A model generated the notes under the pieces. That model was given only the letters and a program-made list of their open reading frames with translations. It was not told where the DNA came from and ran no database searches. The translations under genes and the position numbers were made by a program. DNA of 64,000 bases from Podarcis erhardii (Eukaryota): assembly GCA_964252035.1 (NCBI GenBank), contig OZ176209.1, one strand, 5' to 3'. Positions 1-13,565 of the stretch are shown piece after piece (positions within the stretch are counted from its first letter, which is position 1; each line of letters starts with the position of its first letter).

Positions 1-84
1 TTCAGAAGGAAGTTAGAGGTCATCAGCAATGGTGGTTCAGGTGCCTTTAATAATATTCTGACTTTTCACTTACTGACTGATCAC

Positions 85-370
85 CAGGGCCAGTCCTGTC
101 TTTTGGCATAGTGAGGCAGACACTTCAGGCAGCAGATTCTGTGTGTCTTAAAAGGGCGGCAAAGTGTTAGTTACTCAATTCATTATTGCTGTATATTTTT
201 AACGAACAAAGAGGAATAAAAGTGCTTGTGGGATTTACTACCTCAAATACCAAAATAACTTGGCTGGCCTTGCATACTACATAATTTAACTTGTAGAACA
301 TAATTTACGGTAACTTGGGTTGCCGCTTACTGTTCTGATTCAGGCAGCAAAAAATCTTGGGCCAAGCCTG
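85..370. mobile_element. Probable old hAT-type MITE
   Basis: Degenerate termini cagggccagtcc / gggccaagcctg and internal inverted caggcagcag / caggcagcaaaaaat motifs. The TSD is poorly preserved. Confidence 0.35.
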
Positions 371-1740
371 TTGATAAACCCTGATAAAATTTCCTAATCA
401 AAGCATGTCTCACATTCACAGTGCAGCTTTATTAAGGCCCATATAACAATAAAGCCAAGATTGCTATCAGTCATTGTGCAGTGATAAGTGTCAGTACTTT
501 AGATTGCCCAACTGATAAAAAGCATTCCTATTAGCATTTACTATGAGACTTGTCATTAAGCAATTGACCTTTTAAGATCAAATATATTTTGCACTCCTCA
601 CTCACTCTGGATATTTTAGTGGGGTGATCAAATTTATTGCTCACATTTAAGGAGATCTGAGGGGCAATAACAGCCTAGCCTACCTCACAGAGCTGTTGTG
701 ACAGGGAATTTAGATTAACCTAGGTATACCACTTTGGGCTCATTTGAGGGGGGTGTAATATAATTACAAAATAAAAGTAATAGGGACCCCACAAAAATCA
801 TAGTGGGGGGTGAATTCAAAGGGGATAGGAGAGTCCAACTTCCCTTCCCCCAGAAACACCTGTTGGGTAGAAGGATTGCAGTTCCTTGTGTTAGTGGCAC
901 CTGCTTTTCTTAGCCAACACAACTCCTCATCCCTCCTCCTTTGTGCTGCCCATCGCCCCCAGTGATGTTTCATAGCCAGTTTGAGGGGAAGGGGAAGTTA
1001 TTCATGGCCAGAGCTAGTTTGAGAAGGAGAAGCTAGGGGGTCATTTTGACTCCCAAATATTTCACCTATTTACTTCCTATGCTTCCATGTCCCTGTTTTT
1101 TGGTTCCTAGAACATCTGCATGGAGACTTGGATAGAAATAGATAACCGAGCTACTTTTGGATTGGTGCACATCATCAGCCTAGTTCCATAGCTCTTGTCA
1201 CTACACTACCAGAACAATGGCAGCAGCCTAGCAAAGAGGCTCATAGGGTTGGGTCATAAATCTACCGTCAGCATCTGAAGCTAACAATTCATGTGACCTT
1301 GACTTTTCCCCAGTAAAGAAACAAACTCCTATGTGATCCATAAATGAAAGGCAGAGCAAGTTTCAGAGTCCACTACTCATACAATAACAGGTAGAGTGTG
1401 CCTGATGCTGGATGCTTCTACCATTGCTGCAACTACCTGCTCTCTCTCTCTCAAAATCATTCCCATTTGCTGTTTCTCCCCTACCAAGATTGCCATTTCT
1501 CTTTCCTCTAGAACCTAGAAAAATCAGCCATGCCCCATGATCTTTTCCTCTCTTAATGCAATCAGCTACTGACCCCCACTGAATTGGTCATTTACCTTTT
1601 CCCTTCACCAACACTTCCAACATTGGTGTTATTTCTTCTGGAAGTCTTACCTTCTTCTACACACCTTCTCCTGCAGGTGTTGTTGACCTTCTATTTTCCA
1701 AATTCTGCAATTTATCTCGTGCCCCATGGGTTTCTGGGTA

Positions 1741-1998
1741 CAGTGGTACCTCGGGTTAAGAACTTAATTCGTTCTGGAGGTCCGTTCTTAACCTGAAACT
1801 GTTCTTAACCTGAGGTACCACTTTAGCTAATGGGGCCTCCCACTGCCACTGTGAGGCCACCATGTGATTTCTGTTCTCATCCTGAGGTAAAGTTCTTAAC
1901 CTGAGGTACTATTTCCTGGTTAGCAGAGTCTGTAACCTGAAGCATTTGTAACCTGAAGCGTCTGTAACCTGAAGCGTCTGTAACCCGAGGTACCACTG
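1741..1998. mobile_element. Tc1/mariner (Tigger-like) MITE
   Basis: Perfect TIR cagtggtacctcgggtta / taacccgaggtaccactg, flanked by TA on both sides, with internal tandem taacctgaag units. Confidence 0.88.
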
Positions 1999-2948
1999 TA
2001 TTAACCACGAACCACAGTTTGATGTATCAATTACTCAGTTGGGGGCGGTGCTGCAAAACACAGGGGTTAATGCTGAAAATCACTGCAAAACAACTACAAA
2101 ACTTTGGCACAGGTTTGGAGGGGATCCCAATTTTGGGGTTCGTAGTTAATAACTGGAATTTACAATGGGGAATCTGTGGAGAACAAAAAGGTTAATTCCT
2201 CCTCCTCCAGTCTTGATATAATTACCCACCCACCCCCACTGCACATGTGCACACACACACACTGCTGCTTTTAAAATAAATTATAATAGAAAGCTAGAAA
2301 TTTCCAACATCCTGGTTCGTTTGGTTCTTGGAGCAGCCAATCCTAGTCCAACAGGAAAATGGGTGGTATGGAAGTATTTTCATATTAAAAAGGATTAATA
2401 AATCTGCATTACATTATCATTGGTGGAAACAAAGTATGTTGTTTCAAAAGCATGCGTGAATTCAAAAACTAGACAAAAAGTTATATTTATGTTCTAATTA
2501 TGCTGTTCCAATATTTTCTTGTGTTATCGGGAAGATAAGGAAAATTTCAGAACACCATATGCTGAATAATATAAACACTTCAAGGAAGAGGATGCAAAAA
2601 TGTTATGAGTAATGAAGACCAGAGCATATTTCCTTGCCAGGATTAAGTCTTATCATAATCTAAAACATGGAAAATATTTAGTTTTATTATATTATTCTAG
2701 TCTTTGTAAGAAAAGAGAAACATCATTTGAAACAAGTATTTATAAGACTCGCTGCACAGTCATTTTAAATATCTGAGGTGCACTCTGATCTCTTCTGTAC
2801 TGGGCTAACTGCTATGCCATCTTTGTCTTGTTTAGCTTTGCAAAACTGGGCGGAGCTTACTCCAATTCTTATTTTACAGAAGACAAATTGAGGGTGAGCA
2901 ATAGATACTTGCCAAAGACCACTCAAGATCAAGGCAAAAAGGATAGAT

Positions 2949-3327
2949 CAGGGACGTCCAACTTCCAAGAGACTGCGATCTGCTCACACGATTAAAATCT
3001 GGCAGTGATCTACCTGGGTTATTGAGCTTTTTTTTAGGGAGGAACGTTCCTATTTTGGGGGGGGGGAATTCAGGTCCAAGTTGTTGAGCTTTTCTTAGGG
3101 AGGAATGTCCTATTTGGGGGGGGGGGTTCAGTTCTAATAAATAAAAAAAGGCGCTCAACAATAGATCGCTAAGGAGACACTCAGCCTCACTGAGAAAACT
3201 CACATCTTCTGTTATAGCGATCTAGAGGATGGGGGGGGCAGATGGAGGAGGCAGCAATCGACCATGATCTACCAAAACGTCCCAGGGATCGACCAGTAGA
3301 TCCCAATCAACCTGTTGGACATCCCTG
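2949..3327. mobile_element. Non-autonomous hAT element
   Basis: TIR cagggacgtccaac / gttggacatccctg (one mismatch) and a perfect 8-bp TSD ggatagat (2941-2948, 3328-3335). Confidence 0.88.
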
Positions 3328-4138
3328 GGATAGATAACCTAAGCTCAAAAGCCAAGAGCCTGCTCACCTCAGGTGTGTTGTGCCATACCAGTGTTGAAGT
3401 AAGACTCAACGATCAGTCCATTCAGCTTCTGTATATGGAATAGGAAGCTCCATCTTGTTTCATTTTTTGCCTCAGGCAAAAGAATGCTTCTGGACTGACC
3501 CTAAATCTATCCGATATCAGCTAGTATCTTAATCGTGGGTGGAAAATCCATTTCAATAATGGCAACTGTAATATCAGACATATATACTGCTACAAAGGTT
3601 GTGTGCCACCCCCAGTCTCTGCCAAGCAGGTAGCAAAGATTCCAGGGGGTTCCAGGTGGGAATCAAGACATGGCAGAGACCCCCGTGTCTTTAAGAAATA
3701 TGGTTTATTCTACACATATTTACACCAGAAGCTTTCAGTGGAGAGAGATTTCACAGCATTCACATCTCAGGAGAAGCCCTTCTTTCACAGCAGCCCAGCG
3801 CTGGATTCCCAGACATCCCAGTGCTTCTCTCCCTGCCTTCAGCCAGCCAGTTGTGATGTTTCGGCCCTGCATGGCCTCTGTCCAGAGTTCTGGCACCTCC
3901 TTTCTCCTCCCCAAGAATCTTTGCTGTGTGGCATCATGCCCTCCCCTAACCTTGGCACATGATTTCTGTTTGCCCAGACCCAAGGATTTCTCTCTGATGG
4001 GCCATCAACACCTTTTGTCATGTTAACAACCTCTATTCCAGGTGAGGCCCTAACCGGGAAAGGAAGCTTAGCCTGCATTTTTACATTGTCTTGGAATCTT
4101 CCCTTCAATACTCCAAATGTTATCTAAATTCTACCATT

Positions 4139-4144
4139 TTTATT
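4139..4144 (-). terminator. Candidate poly(A) signal for SLC17A8
   Basis: AATAAA on the minus strand about 1.8 kb downstream of the SLC17A8 stop codon. No transcript evidence. Confidence 0.3.
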
Positions 4145-5945
4145 AATTTCTAACTCTATATATGTAACAACATTTAAAGTTATAGGCAGATTTAATCACC
4201 CTTAATTTGACCATTTTCTGCCTCCCACTAAGAACCTTGAAGGAATTGTAGCAACATTTCAATGGGATGGAAAGATTACGCTTGCTTCCTGTTTTCTGTT
4301 ACAATGTCACATTGCACAATGTGACAGAGTCAGTAAGAATCACAATGTGACAAAATGGTTTCACTTGAATTTTACTGAGAGAGTGATAACATGAAAACAA
4401 ATGAATCCATCATTTACTGAAATTCTTCAATCAGAAAACACTGCGAGCCTTGGAAAAACCAGTAGCGATTTGAAAGTGATACAGCATGCTTTCCATGTTG
4501 TTGTCCGAGTTGGTGGGAAAAGATTTAGGCCTTTCAGTAATATCAAACATACTACTTGGTGTAAAAATATTATTGTAAGAACTTTAATAACCAGCAGATC
4601 CTCTTTTAAATAATACATGTTTGCTTCCTCAAAATACATTGTATAACATACATAGGACCCAGCCTAAAGTGAACATCATCTATGCAAACTACACTGAAAT
4701 AAATAAGAGTTAAAGAGGACAACTGTTCTCTTGCACAAAAGAATTGCACAAAAGGATTTCAGTGGGTTCCCTGCTGCAAGTTTCCATTAGCCTGGGCCTT
4801 TAGTTTACAAGCAAGTACCGGTATATAACAGTAGATTTCAGAAGCAAAGAACAGCATTCGGCTCCCAAATTGCCTATTTCCCTTCCACCTTGTAGAGCCA
4901 ATTGCTGGCCCTTCTGAACCTAAAGATAAGCTGGTCCCAGACTGTTAAAGACCACCTCTGCCAATATGAAGAATTGATATATATTCATTCACCATCTGAA
5001 GTAGGGGTGGGTGGGTACACAGCAGGACCTTTTCAGTCATGGCACCTGCCTGGCCCATCATTGCTCTCCTTTGAATTGCACTATGCAGTAAAACCCTGAC
5101 TTGTTCCAGAGGGCTTTTGAATTGAACAGGGTTTTAGTATTGCTTGGAATGACTGTTATTGAAAAGATTGTTCTTGCTGTTGTATTGTTTCCTGTTTATT
5201 CTTTAGTTGCATTTTAAACATTGTTTTATCTGATTTCATATTTCCAGCTCTCTTGGAGACATTTTTTAAAATAGAAAAATTGGGTATTACCATTTTAATA
5301 AACAAGCAAACCTGTACATCCTTTGCTGAGGATCAATGACATAATACACATCAACATTTATAACACACATATACATTTTGGAGAGGCTAAAAAATAAATA
5401 AATCCCATTCTTGGGGATCCATATGTTATCTCTGCCAGCAATTAAAAATTGAGAAGTAAAATAAGCTCTCCAGTGGGTTTCCCAAAACGGTATCTAACAA
5501 ATTGCCTTCGTTGTCAATGATTTAGTCTTTGGTTAAACATTTCATTTTCTCCTCTGCCATAATACATTCTCTGTTGCATACGGAAAGGGATGAACAGAGC
5601 GGGGGGGGGGGATCTGCTAAGGGACTGGGTAGTCATGGTGTTAAGAGCCAATAACATAATTATATTACTAAAGGGTGACATGGTACATCCAGAACTTTGT
5701 TGCCTTTAGTGGAAATTCATGTGATGTAAAGGACTGTGATCTTTACACAGAGATCTGAATCCATAAGTTTACCACAGGGACTTCTGGGAACCCAGTTTTG
5801 CTGTACTACAAGTTGAAAATGACAATATCTTACAGCTAGCCATTTGGCATGATTATCTACAAAAAGAACCCAACCAAATAAATATAGATACTGCTTTGTT
5901 TCGTACAGTGATTGTAACGATCACACAAATCATACACAGTTAGAT

Positions 5946-6284
5946 TTATGATGAATCTTGATAAGTCCCATTTTCATACTGACACGAAGTCTCTTCTTCT
6001 GCATCTTGCACCACTCCCTTTTGCTTTTGCAATGCTTTCCTTCGCCATTCGTCATCTTGAACAGTAGCACCATATGTTTTCTTCGGGCTAACGAACGTTT
6101 CATTGCTCAGATCAGTCTCTTCAGCCAGTTCATCTTGGTCAATTATTCCACATTTCTCTTCATTCAAGCTTTCTTGGTCAGCCCATTCCTGCTTCTCACC
6201 AGAAGCAAAGATGGCATAAAATATCACTCCACTATAGTGAACTAGGGCAGCTATTAGGAAGACATTTTGCCATTCTTCGCGTGT
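5946..6284 (-). CDS. SLC17A8: Vesicular glutamate transporter 3, coding exon 12 (last)
   Basis: Acceptor cag|ACA. Translates [36 protein letters not shown]...EEKCGII...TYGAT...QDSS then TAA, matching the VGLUT3 C-terminus as recalled. Confidence 0.95.
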   Translation of the reverse strand, partial: TREEWQNVFLIAALVHYSGVIFYAIFASGEKQEWADQESLNEEKCGIIDQDELAEETDLSNETFVSPKKTYGATVQDDEWRRKALQKQKGVVQDAEEETSCQYENGTYQDSS

Positions 6285-6745
6285 CTGGAGGAATGATATA
6301 GGACAAGTTACTCGCAACAGGTAGTAAGAATCCAAAATAAAGCCAGAAGTTAGAGAAATGAAGTGACTGTTATCCATTCTATTTTCTAACCTGAATTTTG
6401 AAAGAATTTATTTTTCTCTGATACTATGGATTACCAAAATACACAGCAGAACTTGCTTTATTTCTTAGAAATATGGATTGCTATAATGGCAGAGAAGCAT
6501 TTGGTGCAGGTCCAGCATTAGATTTGAGTGGGGCTTTCAGCACAGGACTTGTGAGACGTCCCCAGAGTGCTGGTATAGGCCTTCTTAGCATTGTGGCAGT
6601 TCTGTGGCCATGAGTGACTCACTCCTTCCCTGGACCAGAATTCCTGGTGTCCCTGGGACTATTGGAATGTGAGCTGAGTGGTTGCTTGGGCAGTTATCAT
6701 GTGATATGCTCCAAAATTCAACCCTGGTGTCCTTATTGGGAAATA

Positions 6746-6984
6746 CAGTGGTACCTCTGGTTACGAACTTAATTCATTCCAGAGGTCTGTTCTTAACCTG
6801 AAACCGTTCTTAACCTGAGGTACTTTAGCTTATGGGGCCTCCCGCTGCTGCCGTGCCACTACCATGCGATTTCTGTTCTCATCCTGAGGTAAAGTTCTTA
6901 ACCTGAGATACTACTTCTGCATTAGTGGAGTCTGTAACCTGAAGTGTTTGTAACCCGAGGTGTTTGTAACCCGAGGTACCACTA
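6746..6984. mobile_element. Tigger-like MITE, same family as 1741-1998
   Basis: TA-cagtggtacctc...gaggtaccacta-TA. Internal sequence is closely similar to the 1741 copy. Confidence 0.85.
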
Positions 6985-7543
6985 TATAACATGGCAACCA
7001 CCTGACCCTGCTCCTAGCGGTACCAGGCCCATGCAGGTTGAGAAATGGGAGGCTGTGACATGACCTGGGACAGGGGCAAGGGGCAGCAGCAATGCTGGCA
7101 CAGGCTCCTAGAGCGTAGATGTCAGTCCTTTGCTGGGGTGTGTGGACCTCAGCAGCTGGGCCTGATCCCATGGAAGTCAAGTCTTTCTTGACATGTCCTG
7201 TTGTAACCTTTTATCAGTGATAATTTATCAGTCTATCACTATCTATTTATCAGTTTATCACTATCCATATTACTATTGGGCTATTTTAACAGAACACATG
7301 AGTAAAAATCAGAGAAAAGCATATTTCCTTTATTCAGGCTTTTTCAACAACCAGCACGTCAAGTATTCACTAATGCTAAATTACACCTACTGAAATGAAG
7401 GCTCAGCCCTTAAACATGTCAATAACATTTTTCATAATGACTGGGGATGGTTTGGACTGGGCAAGGGTATTTATCTGTTATAGTAATAATTCACTGCAAT
7501 GCATTTGAACATATTTCCAGGGAAAACAATCTAAACATCTTAC

Positions 7544-7671
7544 CTTGTGTTTAGTCATTGCACCAACGATGAGGGGGCACACCATTCCTGACAGTGTCCC
7601 CACTCCATTAGAGATGCCCATGAGGATGCTGGCATACCGGGGCGCAATATCTAAATGGTTGACATTAAATC
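7544..7671 (-). CDS. SLC17A8: VGLUT3 exon 11
   Basis: cag|GA...AAG|gtaag, 128 nt. Translates (G)[42 protein letters not shown]. Confidence 0.95.
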
Positions 7672-7720
7672 CTGTAACACAGAAAATTAGTCAACAATGC
7701 AGGGCTACTCTCTTCAGTCA

Positions 7721-7912
<192 letters not shown>

Positions 7913-8016
7913 TTAAATGCAGTATATTACATTCTGTTCCCATACTCCTACTGCAGAAGAGTTATTTGTTCACTGTGATCCCTCTTCTCTGTTGCTAAAT
8001 TTACAGTATACTATGT

Positions 8017-8160
8017 AAAAAGGTAAAGGGACCCCTGACCATTAGGTCCAGTCGTGACCGACTCTGGGGTTGCGGCGCTCATCTCGCTTTATTGGCCGAG
8101 GGAGCCCGGCGTACAGCTTCCGGGTCATGTGGCCAGCATGACTAAGCCGTGAACCAGAGC
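8017..8160 (-). mobile_element. Sauria SINE, 5'-truncated
   Basis: Reverse complement of the SINE 3' half (aaaggtaaagggacccctgaccattaggtccagtcgtg...), nearly identical to the copies at 20729 and 29136. Confidence 0.85.
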
Positions 8161-8269
8161 AAGTACCAAAGCTAATCTATAATCACATGCAATAAGCTGT
8201 ACACCACACATTTCTACGTTAGGTAGTAACATATAATTCAAACATTTTATCTATAAAATGTAACCATAC

Positions 8270-8402
8270 CTCCACAGTTCATTATTTTTCTTACTGCAGT
8301 TGTGCTTAAAATTCTTCTGCTGCGTAAAAGGTCAGCCAGCTGCCCTCCAATGGGCACAATAATGGTCATGACCATATGTGGAACAGCAGACAAAAGGCCA
8401 AC
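8270..8402 (-). CDS. SLC17A8: VGLUT3 exon 9
   Basis: cag|GTT...G|gtatg, 133 nt. Translates [44 protein letters not shown](G). Confidence 0.95.
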
Positions 8403-9275
8403 CTGAAATTAAATACACACAATTCTGTGGAAGTGTACTGTATGTATATGAATGCAATGGTGCCCAAGTTTTGTCTGCTTTATCCAATCAAACCAGTGCA
8501 GTGAATGATCTGGGAGCAGTTCATGCTAAAGCTGAGTTTGAATGGATGGATATAATCAGTACCTGGCTGGGACTCTACTGAGATACCCATATCAGTTACC
8601 AGATTATGAAACAATGATACAAATGGAGAAATCCAACATGGCTACTTCTGAGGATCCTCAACCTTACTGATTTTTTTCCCCTGGGAAATTGCAGTCAAAC
8701 TAGCATGCATGAAGCGGTCAAGCTAGCCCCATCTTCTCTGATGAGGGATGAAGTGAAGCTTTCTCTTCCTGATCTTTCTTTCTCTGTGCCATGTAACCAA
8801 GCAAGAAAGATGTGCCTAAGCACTTAAAGCACATGCTTGAAGCTATCTTTCTGTTTATTCTACTCAAGAGTATTCTGCCTGTGTTCTTCTTGCTGCTGCT
8901 TGGATAAATTCATAAATCTGACCTTTGAATCTGTAAGTAAAGCATTTTTAACTTACTTAGCAGTGTGTGGCCTTAGCAGTTCGTTGCAAGAAGAGTAGAA
9001 AGGGGCAACCACTGTATGCAACTAAATGGGATAAAAGGGTCTAACTACCTATATTCCTAACACTACACTGCTGCTTGACTTTCGTGTGTTTAAACTCTGC
9101 TACTGGGGGCTCACTACTATTAGAGAGTGTGTTATGCCCCATGTTTTGAATCTAGGCACCCAGCAGATTCTTTTGTTATTTACCCCACACACGTGGGTCA
9201 CAGGGATTCATATTTTCCTCTCTCACATTTTTATCATCAGAGTCCTAAAAACAACAACACCAGACCTTGGATTCA

Positions 9276-9434
<159 letters not shown>

Positions 9435-10587
9435 CTAGAAGAGAGAATGTCCAATTTGAAGAATCATCTGCAGTGTGGCAGCAGTTACACCTGTTATATA
9501 ACTATATTGATAAGAATGTCCCCTCTAATATCAATTGTACCACACAATCCTAATATGTGTTTACTCAGTAAGAAAGTTCCACTGTGCATTGTGGCTCAGT
9601 AGTAGTTCATCTTGTGGAGCACAGCCACAACAATAGTCTCCCAGTACCAGCATCACTGCCACTTACTGGGGGGATGGGCAACGTGGGAGCTACACCAATG
9701 AACTGGTAGAATTGGTTCCACTGGTGCATCCAGGCAACACAACCTTGCTACCACTACGGGGAGATGATTGGTGTGGTTCTGCCCTACTGGGTGAGCCAAT
9801 TCTGGTGGGGCTCATTTACTAGTATATGTATTTAGGACTACATCTTTAACCTTATTGAAAAACATCTGAATTCAGCAATAGAATGCAAACACTATGCAGT
9901 GGTTTTCATAAGTAATGTAAGACTTACATACTCATGTAATACTTAATACCGAGATATTCAATTAAAAAAAAAGTTTTCAGACCTTCATGTTATAAGAAAA
10001 GTGAGGAATAGTCAACCACTGTGTGCTAAAAGCTTTGAAACTAAAATAGGGGGGAAGTACTCCAGTCTATTACATTTACAGAACTTGTGTTATCAAAACC
10101 CGCTTTTGATGTGTTTGCATTGCCGGAGCCCAGAAACTGGAAGGCTGGCAATAAGTGATGCCACACTTCTAAGCATTCTCAGAGTCCCTTTGTACACACA
10201 CCATAAAACAGCAAAATCATACATTATTGTAAAGTTGTTTTCATTTGTAGCACTATGGTTCTATAAGAAAACACAGCTTTAAAAATTGGAATTACCCATT
10301 TTGGGGTGGGGGAACCACTAAAAGCTTCAAGCTGGGTATATTATCAGCTATATCAGCATAAAATATGACACAACATCAGTGATATAGGGACATTACAATT
10401 ATATCAGTGAAGACACACGGCCATAAAAGTTTAGGAGCGGGGTGTTAATCTGACATTAGAACTTGCAACAATGACCAGGGAAATTGCATACAAAATTATG
10501 AGGTAGGGTTGTAAAATGTTTGTACAGTAGTTTTGAAGAATGAACCATCTGCCAAGACTAAGCAGCTAAGAAATGACAAGGTGCCCT

Positions 10588-10815
10588 ACAGCCAGCATGG
10601 CATAGTGGTTAGAGTGTTGGACTAGGATACGGGTTCAGATCCCCAACTCAGCCATAAAACTCACAGAGTGACTTTAGGCCAGTCACAGTCTCTCAACCTA
10701 ACCTATCTTACCGGATTGTTGAGAGGATAAAAATGGAGAGGAGGAGAACCAGATACGCAACCTTGAGCTCCTTGAAGGAAAGGTGGGATGAAAATGTAAC
10801 AAAAAATAAAATGAA
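10588..10815 (+). mobile_element. tRNA-derived SINE (MIR/Squam-like)
   Basis: Box A/B-like gcatagtggttagagtgttggac...gggttcagatcccc, a core gtgactttaggccagtcacagtctctc and an A-rich tail. Confidence 0.7.
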
Positions 10816-10836
10816 TACTACAGCATTTTAACTTAC

Positions 10837-10973
10837 ACTGGCACTGACAAGATTGGCTCCTCCTATACTTGTTTCTATGTAAGTTCTTTCCTCGGTGGTT
10901 ATTGTTGGGTGAACAGCCGGACTCTCATAGGCATGCAACAGCCAGAACATGTACCAGATAATCCCAAACATTC
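10837..10973 (-). CDS. SLC17A8: VGLUT3 exon 7
   Basis: cag|GA...AGT|gtaagt, 137 nt. Translates (G)[45 protein letters not shown]. Confidence 0.95.
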
Positions 10974-11070
10974 CTGCAGAGGAATTCAAGAAAACATGAA
11001 ATGGTCAACACTACTTCATGTTGAGCACAATATGTAAGAGTCAAGGCATCTAGCAATATTATTTCAATAA

Positions 11071-11300
11071 TCTTCTTCTTTGGCGATTACTTGTAGCCAA
11101 GTAAGATTGTCTTCCATAAACATTTTTAACAATGAGTCCGTAAGTGACTGTGGAGGCCAATTCTGGACCCACACGTCCTTCCACAGTGGGGACATTGGTT
11201 TCCAGGCGGGGGTTGATCACGGTGTGGATTTGCTAAGCGTGCCTTCCTCTTAGCACATTTCTCCCTTGCGTCCTGAGTTCAAGTGTCTTCAAAGCCCATG
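11071..11300 (-). mobile_element. RTE-clade LINE 3' end
   Basis: Minus strand reads AKRKARLANPHRDQPPPGNQCPHCGRTCGSRIGLHSHLRTHC then stop (C-terminal C2H2 motif of RTE ORFs), followed by a (GAA)n tail. Confidence 0.82.
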
Positions 11301-11411
11301 CAGCATAAAGCTAAACTAATAACCCCACCCCTTTAAAAAAAGAAAAAGGAGCCAAAAAGTCTGGACCACTGCTATATTTAAAATAGTCTAGAACTTTATT
11401 GTACAGTTTTA

Positions 11412-11558
<147 letters not shown>

Positions 11559-11714
11559 TCAATAATTGTGTTCCAACACCTCCAACTCATTATCATTTAT
11601 TAATTCAGGTAGCTCACAGCAGCTGTTTTCCTGCTGAAAAACTGTACCATAGCCAGTTGACAAAAGGAGAGACTTACAATCGTCCTAAACAGTGCATGCC
11701 AGTGCATGTAATCA

Positions 11715-11850
11715 CAGTGATGGCCAAACCTGGCCCTCCAGCTGTTTTGGGACTACAACTCCCATCATGCCTAGCTAACAGGACCAGTGGTCAGGGATGG
11801 AGGAAATTGTAGTCCCAAAACAGCTGGAGGGCCAAGTTTGGCCATGACTG
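11715..11850. mobile_element. Short palindromic MITE (hAT-like hairpin family)
   Basis: TIR cagtgatggccaaac / gtttggccatgactg with internal arms ccctccagctgttttgggactacaa / ttgtagtcccaaaacagctggaggg. Confidence 0.78.
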
Positions 11851-12654
11851 ACATAACAGAAACAAAAGACTCTGTCCCTTTAGAAAGGTTAGCATTCAGC
11901 AGGTACAGCTCATTGCTGTAGCACTATGGGAGGAGAACTTACACTTGTGGAATGTCATCCTGAGAGGTCTTAAAGGGACAGAAGCCCTTTGGGGAGATGT
12001 TTCTAAATGTACTGTAAAATATAAGAAGTCGGGGGGGGGGGAACAATTCTAAGGAGTATGATTTAATAGACTTTGTGATTATAAGATGCCAGTGATGAAT
12101 GGTTAAAAAAAATACATGTTATTTCAATCATATTGAGAACTCATATAGACAAGCCATGAAATTCTAGTTTGGCCTTTACTAGTGTTGCTAATGAATTATT
12201 CCAAGGGATGAACAGACTCAGGTGTTCTTCTTTTCCTCAATTGACATTGCTTCATACTTTGTTAATGAAGAGTTAACCTACATATGAACCACTGTTGGGC
12301 ATGTTGAGAACACCTCACTAGGAGTTGCCCTTGGAATAATTCATTACCGAACTCGTTTAACTTGTGATTATTCATGCTTGATGTGTGCAGTATAACCTAA
12401 AAGGTATTTTCCAACCACTTTTTTCAAGCATTAACTAAATCAAACACAGCAAGTTGCCTAATGAAATAAATAGATTTTAGCTTACTATATCTGCACACTC
12501 AGTCAAATATTCACACTGTATGCAAACAAACTGGAACTTAAAAGAGGGAAGCCGTTCAGACACTGAGGGGGAATGAATTATTCTAGCAGGATAATACCAA
12601 AAGAGGCAGAGAGAGGTATAAGTGAGAAGACCAGAGCTTAGAGACAGATTATTA

Positions 12655-12930
12655 TCTGTTAAATTTCTATACCACACTTCATCTGAGGCTCACAGGGTGG
12701 TTTACAATGTAAGAGCACAAAAACTCATAACAACATAAATACACAGCAACAAACAAAGTAATAATAATACTGTTTAAAAGGCCATAGATTGTTTAATTAG
12801 CCTGAGGTATGGAAGAAGAGGATTTATTTATTTATTTTGCCTAGCAGTTAAATCTACGTAATGAAGTTGCCAGGTGACCCTTGCTGGGGAGAGCATTCCA
12901 CAAATGGGGAGCCACTAGAAAAAGACAGAG
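12655..12930 (-). mobile_element. L2 LINE 3' fragment
   Basis: tttctataccac...agggtggtttacaat tail and gagcattccacaaatggggagccact, similar to the 43200 copy. Confidence 0.5.
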
Positions 12931-13368
12931 CAGAAAAATAATGTCTGAAAATTAAGTATGTGGGTGAGTGGTAAACAGGCCAGCAAAAATCTGAATTAGC
13001 AAAGAAATGTGGAAAGGTAAAAAATTAGAGGAATTTAAATGGAGAGAGAAGAACTAAGGTATACTTCTATTTTTTTTCACAATTGAAAGGGGGAATGGGA
13101 ACAATTCCCCTTGAATGAGATATGGCAGATAAGACTTTTACCCTTGACTCCATTTTGAAAGAAACTGATGACAGGTTATGCATTCTTGGGATATTAAGAG
13201 ATCTCCTCCAGGGAACTAGATTATGCCTTTCAACCCCTGAAATGGAAACAGTCAGAAGCCCTCAAATGAGGAGTGACCTGAGACCCTATTATTTATAATT
13301 AATGTTATGTTTTCTTTAAAGTCACAGTACACACAAACTTTCTCTCAAAAATATATATGAAAACTTAC

Positions 13369-13456
13369 CACAGAAAGATGTGGTTGCTAGTCTACTTCTT
13401 TCAAGTGGAGGTGCCCATTTACTCCACATTCCATGACACGCTGGGTAGGTCACCCC
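13369..13456 (-). CDS. SLC17A8: VGLUT3 exon 5
   Basis: cag|GGG...G|gtaag, 88 nt. Translates [29 protein letters not shown](G). Confidence 0.95.
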
Positions 13457-13565
13457 CTGGCAAACATATCAGATAAAAAGCATTGAATTTCAATTTAACT
13501 CCATCACTTGTATACACAGTATTTATCCTCTTCAACTAACTTTTTCTTTTTCTTTTACGGCAGTA

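Noticed and set aside
3603-4108. Cluster of four overlapping ORFs on both strands
   Set aside because: This is a moderately GC-rich stretch, probably an old repeat. No protein motif was recognised.
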